Origin: a virus
DNA length: 64,000 nt
Virus record (IMG/VR): IMGVR_UViG_3300026183_000827
Reading direction: 5' to 3' (one strand)
Within the stretch, counting starts at the first letter, position 1. Every line of letters starts with the position of its first letter. A program made the translations under genes and the position numbers. Shown here piece after piece: positions 17,689 through 27,150 of this stretch. The notes under the pieces are model-generated. The model had not been told where the DNA came from and did not search any database. It saw nothing but the letters and a program-made list of their open reading frames with translations.

Positions 17689-18258
17689 TTAATCGAGCAA
17701 TGTGGCTACAAGGTGTACACGATCTTCTAAACTTGCGTTTAGTGCTGTGTGCTTTACTAATGTATTAGTTAACCACCAAGTGTGCTGAGGCAAATGTTTT
17801 ACTTCGTCTTCTATTAACATAAAACAGCCTTCTTGTGTAACTATGGGATAGTGTATGCGTTTAGTGTCATCTACGTGCCAACTTAAACATGTTTTAGGAG
17901 GGCTTTTCATTAGCCGTACTCTGCCTACATTATAATTTTCTTTTAATACATTGTAAAGATCTTCAAACACAGTATTTTTAAACACAGTACACAAAACTGT
18001 AAAATCTGCTTCTTTTAACGGTGTTTCTCTTTCTGCTGGTATATGGCGCATATGACCTTTTTCGTCGTATACTTCTTTTCCATTTTTCCAATCATAAAAT
18101 AAACTTCCTGCACCATACAAAAAATTATCTTCTTCTCCTACTACAGTATTAATACAAATCTGATTTAAATCTGTCCATTGAACAATTTTACGTGTCAACA
18201 TATTGTTTAAAACACTTTTTACATCGTAATAAGGAAGGTCCAATTGTACAAAATTCAT
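17689..18258 (-). CDS. Asp/Asn beta-hydroxylase-like 2OG-Fe(II) oxygenase
   Basis: RVRLM..P..CLSWHVD..RIHYP, KHTALN...RVHLV. Confidence 0.78.
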   Translation of the reverse strand: MNFVQLDLPYYDVKSVLNNMLTRKIVQWTDLNQICINTVVGEEDNFLYGAGSLFYDWKNGKEVYDEKGHMRHIPAERETPLKEADFTVLCTVFKNTVFEDLYNVLKENYNVGRVRLMKSPPKTCLSWHVDDTKRIHYPIVTQEGCFMLIEDEVKHLPQHTWWLTNTLVKHTALNASLEDRVHLVATLLD

Positions 18259-18992
18259 TTTAATTTTCCAAATGCATATATACGTTCAGCACAAAAAAAA
18301 CAATACCCACAATGTTCCCATGCATGTTCAGACAAAGTTTTAGTTTTATGTTCTTGCCATCTAGTTTCGCAACTGTACGATAGCGGGTATAGGTCGTCTA
18401 ATCTGTTATAATATTTATATGCATCATATATAAGTTTTTTATCACCATGCACAAAAGGCCTTATATTAATAAAATGTTTTGCGTCTATTACGTTTTGTCC
18501 ATACTTGTTTTTTCCTATATCTCTATCAAAATCTCTTTTTACAATGTGACTTTTTGCAATTTCATATGTTTCTGCATTATCTGCATAATATTCTTTAACA
18601 GCATTTAGTATATTTCCTTCAGGAGGATTGCTAGTTAACCCGTTATATATTGCATCAAAATTATAAATCTTTTGACTTTCTCTTATTAATTCACGCTGCT
18701 CTGTAATATAATATTCAACTGTTTGTCTATTTCGATGTTTCGTTGAATATTTTACTATATGCTTTGCTAGTTCTTTACCTGTTAGCTCTGTTACTTTTTT
18801 TATGATACGTTTGGCGCCTTTGCTATACCAAGGTTTAAATTTTGTATCTAGAGTCATTGGATATATTTCTACATCATCTCTATCTTTATAGTAATTACAT
18901 ATTGCATAATACATTATTGTACTATCTGCGCCGCCAGATAATTTTACACCTATCCGCTTCCAGTTGTCGTTAAAATAAAATAACTCATTCAT
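18255..18992 (-). CDS. QueC-like PP-loop ATP pyrophosphatase, copy 2
   Basis: LSGGADS PP-loop; C-terminal SC...HCGYCFFCAER zinc motif. Confidence 0.75.
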   Translation of the reverse strand: MNELFYFNDNWKRIGVKLSGGADSTIMYYAICNYYKDRDDVEIYPMTLDTKFKPWYSKGAKRIIKKVTELTGKELAKHIVKYSTKHRNRQTVEYYITEQRELIRESQKIYNFDAIYNGLTSNPPEGNILNAVKEYYADNAETYEIAKSHIVKRDFDRDIGKNKYGQNVIDAKHFINIRPFVHGDKKLIYDAYKYYNRLDDLYPLSYSCETRWQEHKTKTLSEHAWEHCGYCFFCAERIYAFGKLK

Positions 18993-19882
18993 ATTAGTTC
19001 TACCCTATCTATTGTATTATATTCGCATAATTTTATTACTATTTCTTCTGATGTTTTGTTTGTTTCCATCATTGCTACAGGTATATTTCCTATTGCATTT
19101 TTAGGATCTCCTTTTGTAAAACCTAGTGCAGTTAAATAATTATTGTTTCGATCCCACCATTCATCCATACCTTGTAAAAACTTTTCTACACTCTTAACAG
19201 GTCTATTGTGAAAATAAGCTGTAAAGTCTGGACTGTACCATTTTAACGGACGTATATTATCTTCTCCTACAATATCATCTTCGTCTTTGTACACATCGTA
19301 TAACGGTTTTCCTACTTCACAATAATTAATATAAACTTCTCCAAATTTACGATGCAACGTAAAATGTTTAAAATCATCGTCATCTAAAAGTTTCTTTTTT
19401 CGTTTATTAAATGTTACAACTATTCTAGGAAAATATCCTGTAGATATTCTATGTCCGCCGTAAAAGTTCTCTGCTCTATGTATAATAACATTATACCGCT
19501 CTAGTGCTAATTTCTGTTTATCGTTAGCATTTACATAGTACTCTGCAGGGTTACCAGATTCTCCTCTAAGTTTTTCAAAATAATGATGTAAATGATTTAG
19601 CTGTTCTTGAGGCATACCTACAAATGCATCATGTTTAATAACTGTTTTTTCTGTATTAATAATGTCAATACACTTGTTTAATTCACTTACTATTTTTTCT
19701 TCGTTCCATATATCATTTGGAAAATTATAAAGTCTATCAGATTCTTTAGCTGTTTTATCTTTTTCTAATACTTGTTCGCATAGTGCATTATACCATTTAA
19801 CCGCAATGGGTGTATCATATACTTTATAATTTAATGCATACTCATCTAGATCACTATTTAAAAATACTATTTGAAATCTCAT
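18989..19882 (-). CDS. Unknown His-motif protein, paralogue of 21623-22447
   Basis: LNHLHHYFE, YNVIIHRAE, VYINY...GK, YSPDF, DPKNAIGNIP align with the paralogue. Confidence 0.75.
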   Translation of the reverse strand: MRFQIVFLNSDLDEYALNYKVYDTPIAVKWYNALCEQVLEKDKTAKESDRLYNFPNDIWNEEKIVSELNKCIDIINTEKTVIKHDAFVGMPQEQLNHLHHYFEKLRGESGNPAEYYVNANDKQKLALERYNVIIHRAENFYGGHRISTGYFPRIVVTFNKRKKKLLDDDDFKHFTLHRKFGEVYINYCEVGKPLYDVYKDEDDIVGEDNIRPLKWYSPDFTAYFHNRPVKSVEKFLQGMDEWWDRNNNYLTALGFTKGDPKNAIGNIPVAMMETNKTSEEIVIKLCEYNTIDRVELI

Positions 19883-20979
19883 CGTGTATAGTCTTCTCTA
19901 AGTTCTTTACTTGCGCAAGTACGTTTGCATATGTCAATACATTTAGACGACCAGGAGTTTTCTATAGTAGTCAAAAGTCCTGCATTAACTACATCTGTTG
20001 CAGTGTGTTTAGATAGCAAATTAAAATCTTTTTCTTTATTAAGTGTCTTAAAAAATAAATCTACAAAAGAAGAATAATTATTATTTAAAGTCTTTTCATT
20101 GTAATCAATTTCCATCCAGCAGCACGGCCATAATCTACTATCGCCACTTATATAAATGCTTTCTAATCCTTGTGTAACTTTGCAATCTACAATTTCAGGA
20201 CCATTAATATAAGATTTTGATCTATCATCTTGTAAAACATCAAATTCTTGATTTACAAATTTATATATTTTTTCATACCACTGCTTAGATCTATCTTCTT
20301 TATCTAAATTTTTATTATTTTTTACAAATTCTGTAGGATATAGTATAGCAACTTCGTCAAAGTTTTTATCAACTAGTGCATCATATTCTTTGTAAAACCT
20401 AACACTGTCGTTTGAATAAAATTCTGCAAAGCCTAAGTCTTTACTCATTTGTTTACAAGCATCTACCTGATGTTCGTTATTACCAAACACATTCATTATC
20501 CAACGTGCATAGCCGCCTGCTTTTATGTACGCTTTTGCATTTTTTATTACAATGTCAAAGCGTGTGTTTCTTCTGTACAAATGATGAGTATCTTCTAGTC
20601 CATCTAGTGCAAACTCTACGATAACATTTGGTTGTTTGCCTAACCAACTCCAAAAACCAGTTGGCAAGGCGCCGCCATTTGTATTAATTTGTATATGCAA
20701 ATGTTTGTCTAAAAAAGTTTGTATAAATTCTTTAGGAGATCTATGCATTACAATATCTCCATAATTACCATTTATTAAAACTTTTTTTATATTATTAAAA
20801 AAATCGTCAGACAACATTTTTTTAAGATTGTCGGGTGTAATCTCTGTTTCTGGTATGTTAGGATAAGTTTGTAAAGATGCTCCTATAGTACGAGGGCATT
20901 GCGGGCATGCTGCATTACAGCGTTTAGTAGGCTCAATATGTAAATATTCAGGTAAATCTTTGTATATTCCAATTATCAT
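19879..20979 (-). CDS. Radical SAM enzyme with C-terminal SPASM/twitch-like cysteines
   Basis: CNAACPQC, NTNG, FALDG, C-terminal DC...WPCCW...CKRTC. Start set at 20979 (ATGA overlap with the upstream stop). Confidence 0.85.
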   Translation of the reverse strand: MIIGIYKDLPEYLHIEPTKRCNAACPQCPRTIGASLQTYPNIPETEITPDNLKKMLSDDFFNNIKKVLINGNYGDIVMHRSPKEFIQTFLDKHLHIQINTNGGALPTGFWSWLGKQPNVIVEFALDGLEDTHHLYRRNTRFDIVIKNAKAYIKAGGYARWIMNVFGNNEHQVDACKQMSKDLGFAEFYSNDSVRFYKEYDALVDKNFDEVAILYPTEFVKNNKNLDKEDRSKQWYEKIYKFVNQEFDVLQDDRSKSYINGPEIVDCKVTQGLESIYISGDSRLWPCCWMEIDYNEKTLNNNYSSFVDLFFKTLNKEKDFNLLSKHTATDVVNAGLLTTIENSWSSKCIDICKRTCASKELREDYTR

Positions 20980-21623
20980 AATCTTCCAAAAGCCCATTTT
21001 CTTTCGTGACACCACCAACAGTTTCCGCAGTGTTCCATTCCAGGATCTTCGCCTACTACATGTTCATTCCATTCACAGCTTCGTGTAACTGGAAATAGTG
21101 TTTCCAACAAATCATATTCTTTATATATTTCTGCTATTTTCTTTTTATCATAGTTTGTCCACGGAATATAGCTAAATCCATATCTAAATACTTCCTTTTC
21201 GATATCTGGATTTCTAGTATCTTCATAAAAGTCACCATAAAAAGTTTTACGTTCTTCTATTGGAGGGACATTTGTAATACCAGCATACAACACATTAAAC
21301 TCTTTTTTATCTAGATATTCAAACGGCAAACGTTCAACATATGTATCTATATAATCAGGAGAATAGTCTATATGATGTTCAAAATTATAATTACCTGTTA
21401 ATTGCGCACATCTATAAACTACATTTACTGCTGCTTTTGCGCCTGTGATTTGTTTTGTACCGTCTGCAAGTGTGAAAATGTGTACACGGTCTTTTGAGTG
21501 CTTTAGTAAGAAGTATAATAGTATGGCACTATCGGCGCCGCCACTAACACTAATAGCATTAGGTCCTTTGTATATGTTAAATTCTACACCACATAAATTA
21601 TGTGTTTCAACTATGTTTGCCAT
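20976..21623 (-). CDS. QueC-like PP-loop ATP pyrophosphatase, copy 1
   Basis: VSGGADS; TRSC...HCGNCWWCHER. Confidence 0.75.
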   Translation of the reverse strand: MANIVETHNLCGVEFNIYKGPNAISVSGGADSAILLYFLLKHSKDRVHIFTLADGTKQITGAKAAVNVVYRCAQLTGNYNFEHHIDYSPDYIDTYVERLPFEYLDKKEFNVLYAGITNVPPIEERKTFYGDFYEDTRNPDIEKEVFRYGFSYIPWTNYDKKKIAEIYKEYDLLETLFPVTRSCEWNEHVVGEDPGMEHCGNCWWCHERKWAFGRL

Positions 21624-22447
21624 TATAATTCCTCTATTTCAACTTTAGTTAATTCTCGTTGTAGAATTACTTTTAGAAAATCCTCTGGGTAAACTTTGTG
21701 TAATCGACCTAATGGAATATGTCCTAGTGAATTTACAGGATCTGTAACGTCTATATTGCTGTTTTGCATCCATTGTATACAATTAGTTATTTCTCTATGT
21801 TGTTTTTCAACATAATCTGACTGTAGCACAAAAAAGAAACTTGGACTATATTCAGATAGAGGTACTGCTGTACTAACAGGCCTTCCACTTTTAAATGTTT
21901 TTAGAAAATCTTCGCCGAGTGCATTATAATTTAAGTAAACTATATAAGGTTCAATATACGGATCATACAGTTTGTAATCTTCTTTTTTAAACGGAACTTT
22001 TGGAAAATTAGGAACTCTAGTTTTTGAATCTACGACTCTAAAACGCACTCGTGGTGCTGCTGTTTGATTTTTAATTGCTGCTTCTTCTGCATGATGTATA
22101 CAGTCATTAAACTTGTCTAATAGTCCTATTATAGATTTATACAGAGGATTTACAGCCAGTTGTTCGTAAATGTAATGCAAGTCACTTAATTCTTGTATTG
22201 TAAACTCAAACTTTTCTGTATACAAATAAGGAATAGATAGAGGAAATGCTTTGTTAATTTCTTGTATTATGAGTCTTAGTTGTTTAAAACTATCTTTGCC
22301 TACAAATCCGTTTAGTGTAATTTGGTAACTATAATTTTTATTATCTATATATTGTTGAAGGTCAGTTAACCAACGATTAATAAAATCGTTGTCATTTAGT
22401 CTTATACTAATAGTATGTCTTTCAAATGTTAATTTTAAAAGTTTCAT
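21623..22447 (-). CDS. Unknown His-motif protein, paralogue of 18989-19882
   Basis: LSDLHYIYE, FNDCIHHAE, VYLNY...GE, YSPSF, DPVNSLGHIP. Confidence 0.75.
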   Translation of the reverse strand: MKLLKLTFERHTISIRLNDNDFINRWLTDLQQYIDNKNYSYQITLNGFVGKDSFKQLRLIIQEINKAFPLSIPYLYTEKFEFTIQELSDLHYIYEQLAVNPLYKSIIGLLDKFNDCIHHAEEAAIKNQTAAPRVRFRVVDSKTRVPNFPKVPFKKEDYKLYDPYIEPYIVYLNYNALGEDFLKTFKSGRPVSTAVPLSEYSPSFFFVLQSDYVEKQHREITNCIQWMQNSNIDVTDPVNSLGHIPLGRLHKVYPEDFLKVILQRELTKVEIEEL

Positions 22448-22731
22448 TTCTTTTTTCGTGTACTTTTTAAATCAGCTACGCAAGTACATTTAGATACTGT
22501 ACAAGTAATAAACTCTTTTGGCAAGTTCCATACTTCGTCATCAACGTGTCCGATTGGACCTCCAACTTTGCAAGTACCTCTATACAATGTTCCGTCTGCT
22601 GTAATTTCTAAACTTTCTAGTCCTATGCCGCAATCCCAACCTTCAAAATTAACAGCATCTGCTTTAACTAAGTCATTAGCCCATACCTCTGCACTTTCTG
22701 TTTGTGTATAAACTTTTAAATCAGGCCTCAT
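22444..22731 (-). CDS. Stand-alone SPASM/twitch-like Fe-S domain
   Basis: GWDCGIG...I.ADG..YRGTC...C....CTC.ADL, four-Cys-type pattern shared with the N-termini of 23392 and 25478. Confidence 0.7.
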   Translation of the reverse strand: MRPDLKVYTQTESAEVWANDLVKADAVNFEGWDCGIGLESLEITADGTLYRGTCKVGGPIGHVDDEVWNLPKEFITCTVSKCTCVADLKSTRKKK

Positions 22732-23398
22732 CTACATTCTCCAATTGTGCGTACCTAAATGTACTATCGTTTAAAAAACGTAACTGTTCTTCTGTATATA
22801 CAGGATCGTATCTTTCACCGTCCCATTTTTTACGTATACGTTTCATATAGTATATAATACCATGCTCTTCACAAAATTTTACTAGTTTAACTGCGGTGTC
22901 CCAAAATTCTGGTTCCATCATAAGATTTAAACTTACATGCTTGTACGGAAACTTATTTGCTTCTTTATGCGTTTCTACTAACTTGTGAGTAAATTCATCA
23001 AACTTTAAGTATTCAAAATGGCTGCTAAATTGAATAATGTCTATTTGATTTATAAGTTCTTTAAAGTAATCAGCAGTTCTGCTACCGTTAGTATTAAGTC
23101 CCACGAACCATCCATTTTTAGTTTTAAGATGTTTACACAAATCCATAAAGGCAGGATTAACTGTGGGCTCTCCTCCTGTGAACCAAATGCGCACACGTTC
23201 TCTAGGACTATTAAGTTCTATTTTGTCAGCAATAGACTTTAAACTGTCTAAATCTCTGTGAGGACTAGTAAGGTCGTGAAGTTTGTCAGGACAATAAATG
23301 CAATCATAATTGCAACGTTTTCCAATATTCCAATGTACATAATAGTAGTCTTTATCTCTTGTAGACTCCATTGCAATTATATCTTTGTAATCTACCAT
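22721..23398 (-). CDS. Radical SAM core protein lacking its own auxiliary domain
   Basis: WNIGKRCNYDCIYC, FTGGEPT, NTNG, SSHFE. Confidence 0.85.
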   Translation of the reverse strand: MVDYKDIIAMESTRDKDYYYVHWNIGKRCNYDCIYCPDKLHDLTSPHRDLDSLKSIADKIELNSPRERVRIWFTGGEPTVNPAFMDLCKHLKTKNGWFVGLNTNGSRTADYFKELINQIDIIQFSSHFEYLKFDEFTHKLVETHKEANKFPYKHVSLNLMMEPEFWDTAVKLVKFCEEHGIIYYMKRIRKKWDGERYDPVYTEEQLRFLNDSTFRYAQLENVDEA

Positions 23399-23969
23399 TC
23401 TAATGTCCTAATATACTTTAATTGTTTATCTGTATACGGATAAATTTTATTGCTGTTTGACTTGTCTACTAAAGGTTCTACGTTAACAAATACACAGTCT
23501 TTATCAAGTTTTTTACAGTTGTTTACAAAATTTATATATGTTTCATCAAAGTCTAATGGCAGCATTACCTTTACTACTAAGTGTGCAGTGTCTATCTTAT
23601 TACTTGCAACATATTCTATTTTTGCGTATAACTTATCTAATTGTGTATATTCAGAGTGTATGCTTAAATATATTCCGCCAGCATTAGTATAATCTAATAA
23701 TTGCTTCTTATTTGCTGTTCCGTTAGTATTTGTAAATACACTAACATTATTATAAGATAAACAATAATCGACTATGTTTTTATAAGCAGGATTAATTGTA
23801 GGTTCGCCGCCTGTAAATGTTATTTTTATACTGTCTAGATTTACTTGTTTATAAATGCTATCAAACGCATTTTTAAAATCAGTAAACTGCATGTGTGGAC
23901 TATTGTTATCATGTACACTACTAGGGCAATAACTACAATCATAATTACAACGTTTTCCAATATTCCAAT
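23301..23969. repeat. 34-nt direct repeat (33/34 identical) at 23301-23334 and 23936-23969
   Basis: caatcataatt(g/a)caacgttttccaatattccaat, encoding WNIGKRCNYDC in two adjacent radical SAM genes. Confidence 0.85.
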
Positions 23970-24336
23970 TTATTGAAAAATATCGTTCGTTTGAACCTAT
24001 AGCAATTATATCTGCATTATCGTATAACGGTGCATTGTTTATTACTTTAAAATCTACTAAAGTATTTTTTGCTTTAGATATGTTAATATCACTTGCACAA
24101 TAACACTTCTCTGCAGGACATAGCATAGGTTCTGTTGGCAAAACTATATCAGTAAACACATTTCCGTATTTTCCGCTATGACGGCAAACATTACCGTATA
24201 CATCGCCTGCACTGTTTATCCATAGAAAATCAAATCCTGCAGAACATTTCCAACCTTTAAAACTATTAAAAGTTGTTTTAGCATCTGCTAATGTAGTCGA
24301 TTGTATATCGTCGTTAATTGTTTTTACTAATAACAT
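23392..24336 (-). CDS. Radical SAM enzyme with N-terminal SPASM/twitch-like domain
   Basis: N-terminal FKGWKCSAG...C...CPAEKCYCASD, then WNIGKRCNYDCSYC, FTGGEPT, NTNG. Confidence 0.85.
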   Translation of the reverse strand: MLLVKTINDDIQSTTLADAKTTFNSFKGWKCSAGFDFLWINSAGDVYGNVCRHSGKYGNVFTDIVLPTEPMLCPAEKCYCASDINISKAKNTLVDFKVINNAPLYDNADIIAIGSNERYFSINWNIGKRCNYDCSYCPSSVHDNNSPHMQFTDFKNAFDSIYKQVNLDSIKITFTGGEPTINPAYKNIVDYCLSYNNVSVFTNTNGTANKKQLLDYTNAGGIYLSIHSEYTQLDKLYAKIEYVASNKIDTAHLVVKVMLPLDFDETYINFVNNCKKLDKDCVFVNVEPLVDKSNSNKIYPYTDKQLKYIRTLEW

Positions 24337-25481
24337 TATAATCCAAAGTGTTGCCTAGTTAGTGGACCAATTACATCTTCAGCTTTCATATTACGCTGTG
24401 CTAGTAATACAGTAAATTCTTTCTTTAATTGTTCGGTTGTATAATTATTGTTTCCAGGTACTAGTGTTTTCTTTAGTCCTGACGATTTAATTCGAGAACG
24501 CACATCTTCTATTATATGCTTTGGTAAGTTTTGATAATTCATTAAATGTGTACTAGGTTTGATTTCGCAACTATAACCTACTACATCTTTTACTTCCCAA
24601 AAGTATTCTTCAATTTCTGGTAAAAACTCAAAATTAAATATGTTAACTAAGTTCGATACGCTGATATGAATATTGTCAAATTTATTATTTCGCAAGTATT
24701 CTAAATTTTTGTGCATCTTACTCCATTTGTGTGGCCAGCGTATAAACTCATAGTTAGAATCGATACTGTCTACACTGATGCGTAAATGTGCGCTTTTAGT
24801 TTTACTTAGACGAGAAAATATTTCTTCATTAAGAATAGTTCCGTTTGTAGTAACTTCTAAGTGTAAATCTCTACAATAATCTTTATCGATAACATCTGCA
24901 ATCTTATCCCAATTTTCTTTTAAAAACGGTTCTCCGCCAATTAGTTTAAGAGTATGAACTTTGTAATGTTGTAGTATTTCAGCAATAACATCTGCTGTTC
25001 TAGTTGAACCTGCACTAAAAGAATTAGTTAAAGGTATCCAAGACTTAGGCCTATTGTCGTCATCTAATTTATTAGAAAGTTTATCAATTAAACTACTTGC
25101 ATAACTAGTACAAAACGGACATGCAAGATTACAACTGTTACCTAACACTACATCTAATTTATTAATATCGTACTCTGAATAGTTGATACTATTGATCTTA
25201 TCTCTAGGACTTTTAATACCTTTTGTTTCATAGTTTTTACAACCTATACACGCAGGATGTAAGTCATCATTATTAGCAAAGTAATCTCTATAATATTGTA
25301 ACGGTGCTAGATTCATAATGTCGTTAATAGATTCTACTTTTACAGGTTTGCTAAACTCAGAAGGTTCAAGTTCGTGTGTAATATGACAGCAAGGTTTTAT
25401 ATATGCATAAGTTTCGTTGTTTATATCATATATTTTTATTCTTGCGCCTTTTTCTACATATCCACAATGATTTTGTTTCAT
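24336..25481 (-). CDS. N-terminal twitch-domain radical SAM protein
   Basis: HC...KPCC...CIGC N-terminus, CNLACPFC, IGGEPF, TTNGT, SVDS. Confidence 0.85.
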   Translation of the reverse strand: MKQNHCGYVEKGARIKIYDINNETYAYIKPCCHITHELEPSEFSKPVKVESINDIMNLAPLQYYRDYFANNDDLHPACIGCKNYETKGIKSPRDKINSINYSEYDINKLDVVLGNSCNLACPFCTSYASSLIDKLSNKLDDDNRPKSWIPLTNSFSAGSTRTADVIAEILQHYKVHTLKLIGGEPFLKENWDKIADVIDKDYCRDLHLEVTTNGTILNEEIFSRLSKTKSAHLRISVDSIDSNYEFIRWPHKWSKMHKNLEYLRNNKFDNIHISVSNLVNIFNFEFLPEIEEYFWEVKDVVGYSCEIKPSTHLMNYQNLPKHIIEDVRSRIKSSGLKKTLVPGNNNYTTEQLKKEFTVLLAQRNMKAEDVIGPLTRQHFGL

Positions 25482-26464
25482 AATTGTCTAGCCTTGAGTA
25501 GTTTGATTTTTTCTATTGAGTTTACAATGCGTTTATTGTAATAAATATGTTGTTTTTTAATCGAATCAAAATCTAATCCAAAAACACTTTTTACTAAATT
25601 CCAAAAAATTCTATTATTTTTGTCATCTCCTAACATATCTACTTGTACCTTAGAGTAGTTCTCTTTATAAATTTTGTAAACTTTTTCAATAAGTTTTTTG
25701 TTTGCAAATTCTTCATGTAATGTTATAATAAAAAATACGTTTTTTTCTAATAATTTTTCATATAGTGCAGACGGAGCAGTTCCGTTACTATTGATAGTAA
25801 TATGACTAAACCCATATTCATAACATAAATCAACTAATTTTATCAATTCTTTACTAAGTGTAGGTTCGCCACCAGTTATTATTAGATTAAGTTTGTAATT
25901 TGACATAGATTTAAATTCCAAACACTCAAATAATTTTTTTATTTTTTCTAAACTTAAAAAGTTACCATAATTATTATGAACAAACGGACTACAGTATATA
26001 CAATCATAGTTACATCTTTTTGTATAGTCTAATGTCAAAGTAAAATCTAAATTTTTGTTGGCTCCTCCTAGTGCAATTACTTCATCTTTTTTTGTTAAAC
26101 TAGATAAAGTAGTATAATCTTGAACGCTATTAGCTTTCTCGACAAATAAATCATATGTTTCTTGATCAATGGATTTATATGCTAACAAATCGCTTCCGCA
26201 AGAACAAATCGAAATCCTACAATTATTACTTGCATTATGTAATAAATTTTTTATTTCATCAAATTTTGTCCACCAAGGAGATGTGTCTGTAGATATCCTT
26301 AAATTACCACAGACACCCGACATAGCATTTCCATCTACACTGAATGACACAGCATTTTTTGCAATTGGACAAAACCAATTTTTAAACTTTATATTTCTTT
26401 TTTTTATATCACGCAAGTTAGTTTTTTTTAACACACGTTTATTTGTTAAAACTAACACTGTCAT
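25478..26464 (-). CDS. Radical SAM enzyme with N-terminal SPASM/twitch-like domain
   Basis: FKNWFC...GVC...CRISICSCGSDL, then KRCNYDCIYC, TGGEPT, NSNG. Confidence 0.82.
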   Translation of the reverse strand: MTVLVLTNKRVLKKTNLRDIKKRNIKFKNWFCPIAKNAVSFSVDGNAMSGVCGNLRISTDTSPWWTKFDEIKNLLHNASNNCRISICSCGSDLLAYKSIDQETYDLFVEKANSVQDYTTLSSLTKKDEVIALGGANKNLDFTLTLDYTKRCNYDCIYCSPFVHNNYGNFLSLEKIKKLFECLEFKSMSNYKLNLIITGGEPTLSKELIKLVDLCYEYGFSHITINSNGTAPSALYEKLLEKNVFFIITLHEEFANKKLIEKVYKIYKENYSKVQVDMLGDDKNNRIFWNLVKSVFGLDFDSIKKQHIYYNKRIVNSIEKIKLLKARQL

Positions 26465-27150
26465 TTTATACCTATCCTCATAAATCTTTTATATTTAGAT
26501 AAGCTAAGTTCTCCTTGATAGAACACGTTTTCCATTGGTGTTATTTGTGCAAAATCATCTAAATTATCTACACAATTTACATGTTCAAGCAAATCAAAAT
26601 AATTATTGTTTTGTAATATTACAAGTGTTCCTATCGGAATATTATTATACCATTCTTTAAATTTATCTGTAAAAATGTGTTCACAACTAGTGTTGATAAT
26701 AGTATTAGGCATATCTATTAAATTTTGCGAACTACCGTCAGATCTATAAGTTGTATATTCAGTAGGGTACTCCATTTCTAAAATATCAAGTGTACTTGCT
26801 TTGAATTGCCAGTTGTCCATAACCCACGGTTTATTAATAGTGTCAGCAATTGGCGCACAAGTTTTATCTATATCAAAACTACGAATTTTATCAAACTTAT
26901 CTCTAGCACGTTCGAACATCATACTAGCTAATGTGCCGTACCAACCTGCGCATATAAAAACTGTTCCTAAATTATCTGGAAGATTTTCTACTAGCCACTC
27001 TTTACTTTTTAATTGCCCTAAACTATAAGCATCAACTAACGCAACTTCGCACTCAGGAAACTTATTTAATGTTCTTTTCATCTGACCAATAGTATTATTG
27101 CCAGGATAAAGGTGTTCTAAACCATTTAAAAGATTAGCTGTATTGCTCAT
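26461..27150 (-). CDS. Putative class I SAM-dependent methyltransferase
   Basis: VFICAGWYG glycine loop, RSFDID acidic strand, INTSCEH. Confidence 0.55.
   Translation of the reverse strand: MSNTANLLNGLEHLYPGNNTIGQMKRTLNKFPECEVALVDAYSLGQLKSKEWLVENLPDNLGTVFICAGWYGTLASMMFERARDKFDKIRSFDIDKTCAPIADTINKPWVMDNWQFKASTLDILEMEYPTEYTTYRSDGSSQNLIDMPNTIINTSCEHIFTDKFKEWYNNIPIGTLVILQNNNYFDLLEHVNCVDNLDDFAQITPMENVFYQGELSLSKYKRFMRIGIK

Noticed and set aside
18255-21623. Calling the two PP-loop proteins true queC
   Set aside because: PP-loop and zinc motifs are present but I cannot see the QueC YGQ and VP.RN motifs, and two copies in this context suggest another substrate.
22721-24336. Viperin-like identity for the WNIGKRCNYDC radical SAM proteins
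   Set aside because: Resemblance is limited to the generic CxxxCxxC and GGEP region; the associated four-Cys SPASM-like domains are not a viperin feature. Needs a phylogeny to exclude fully.
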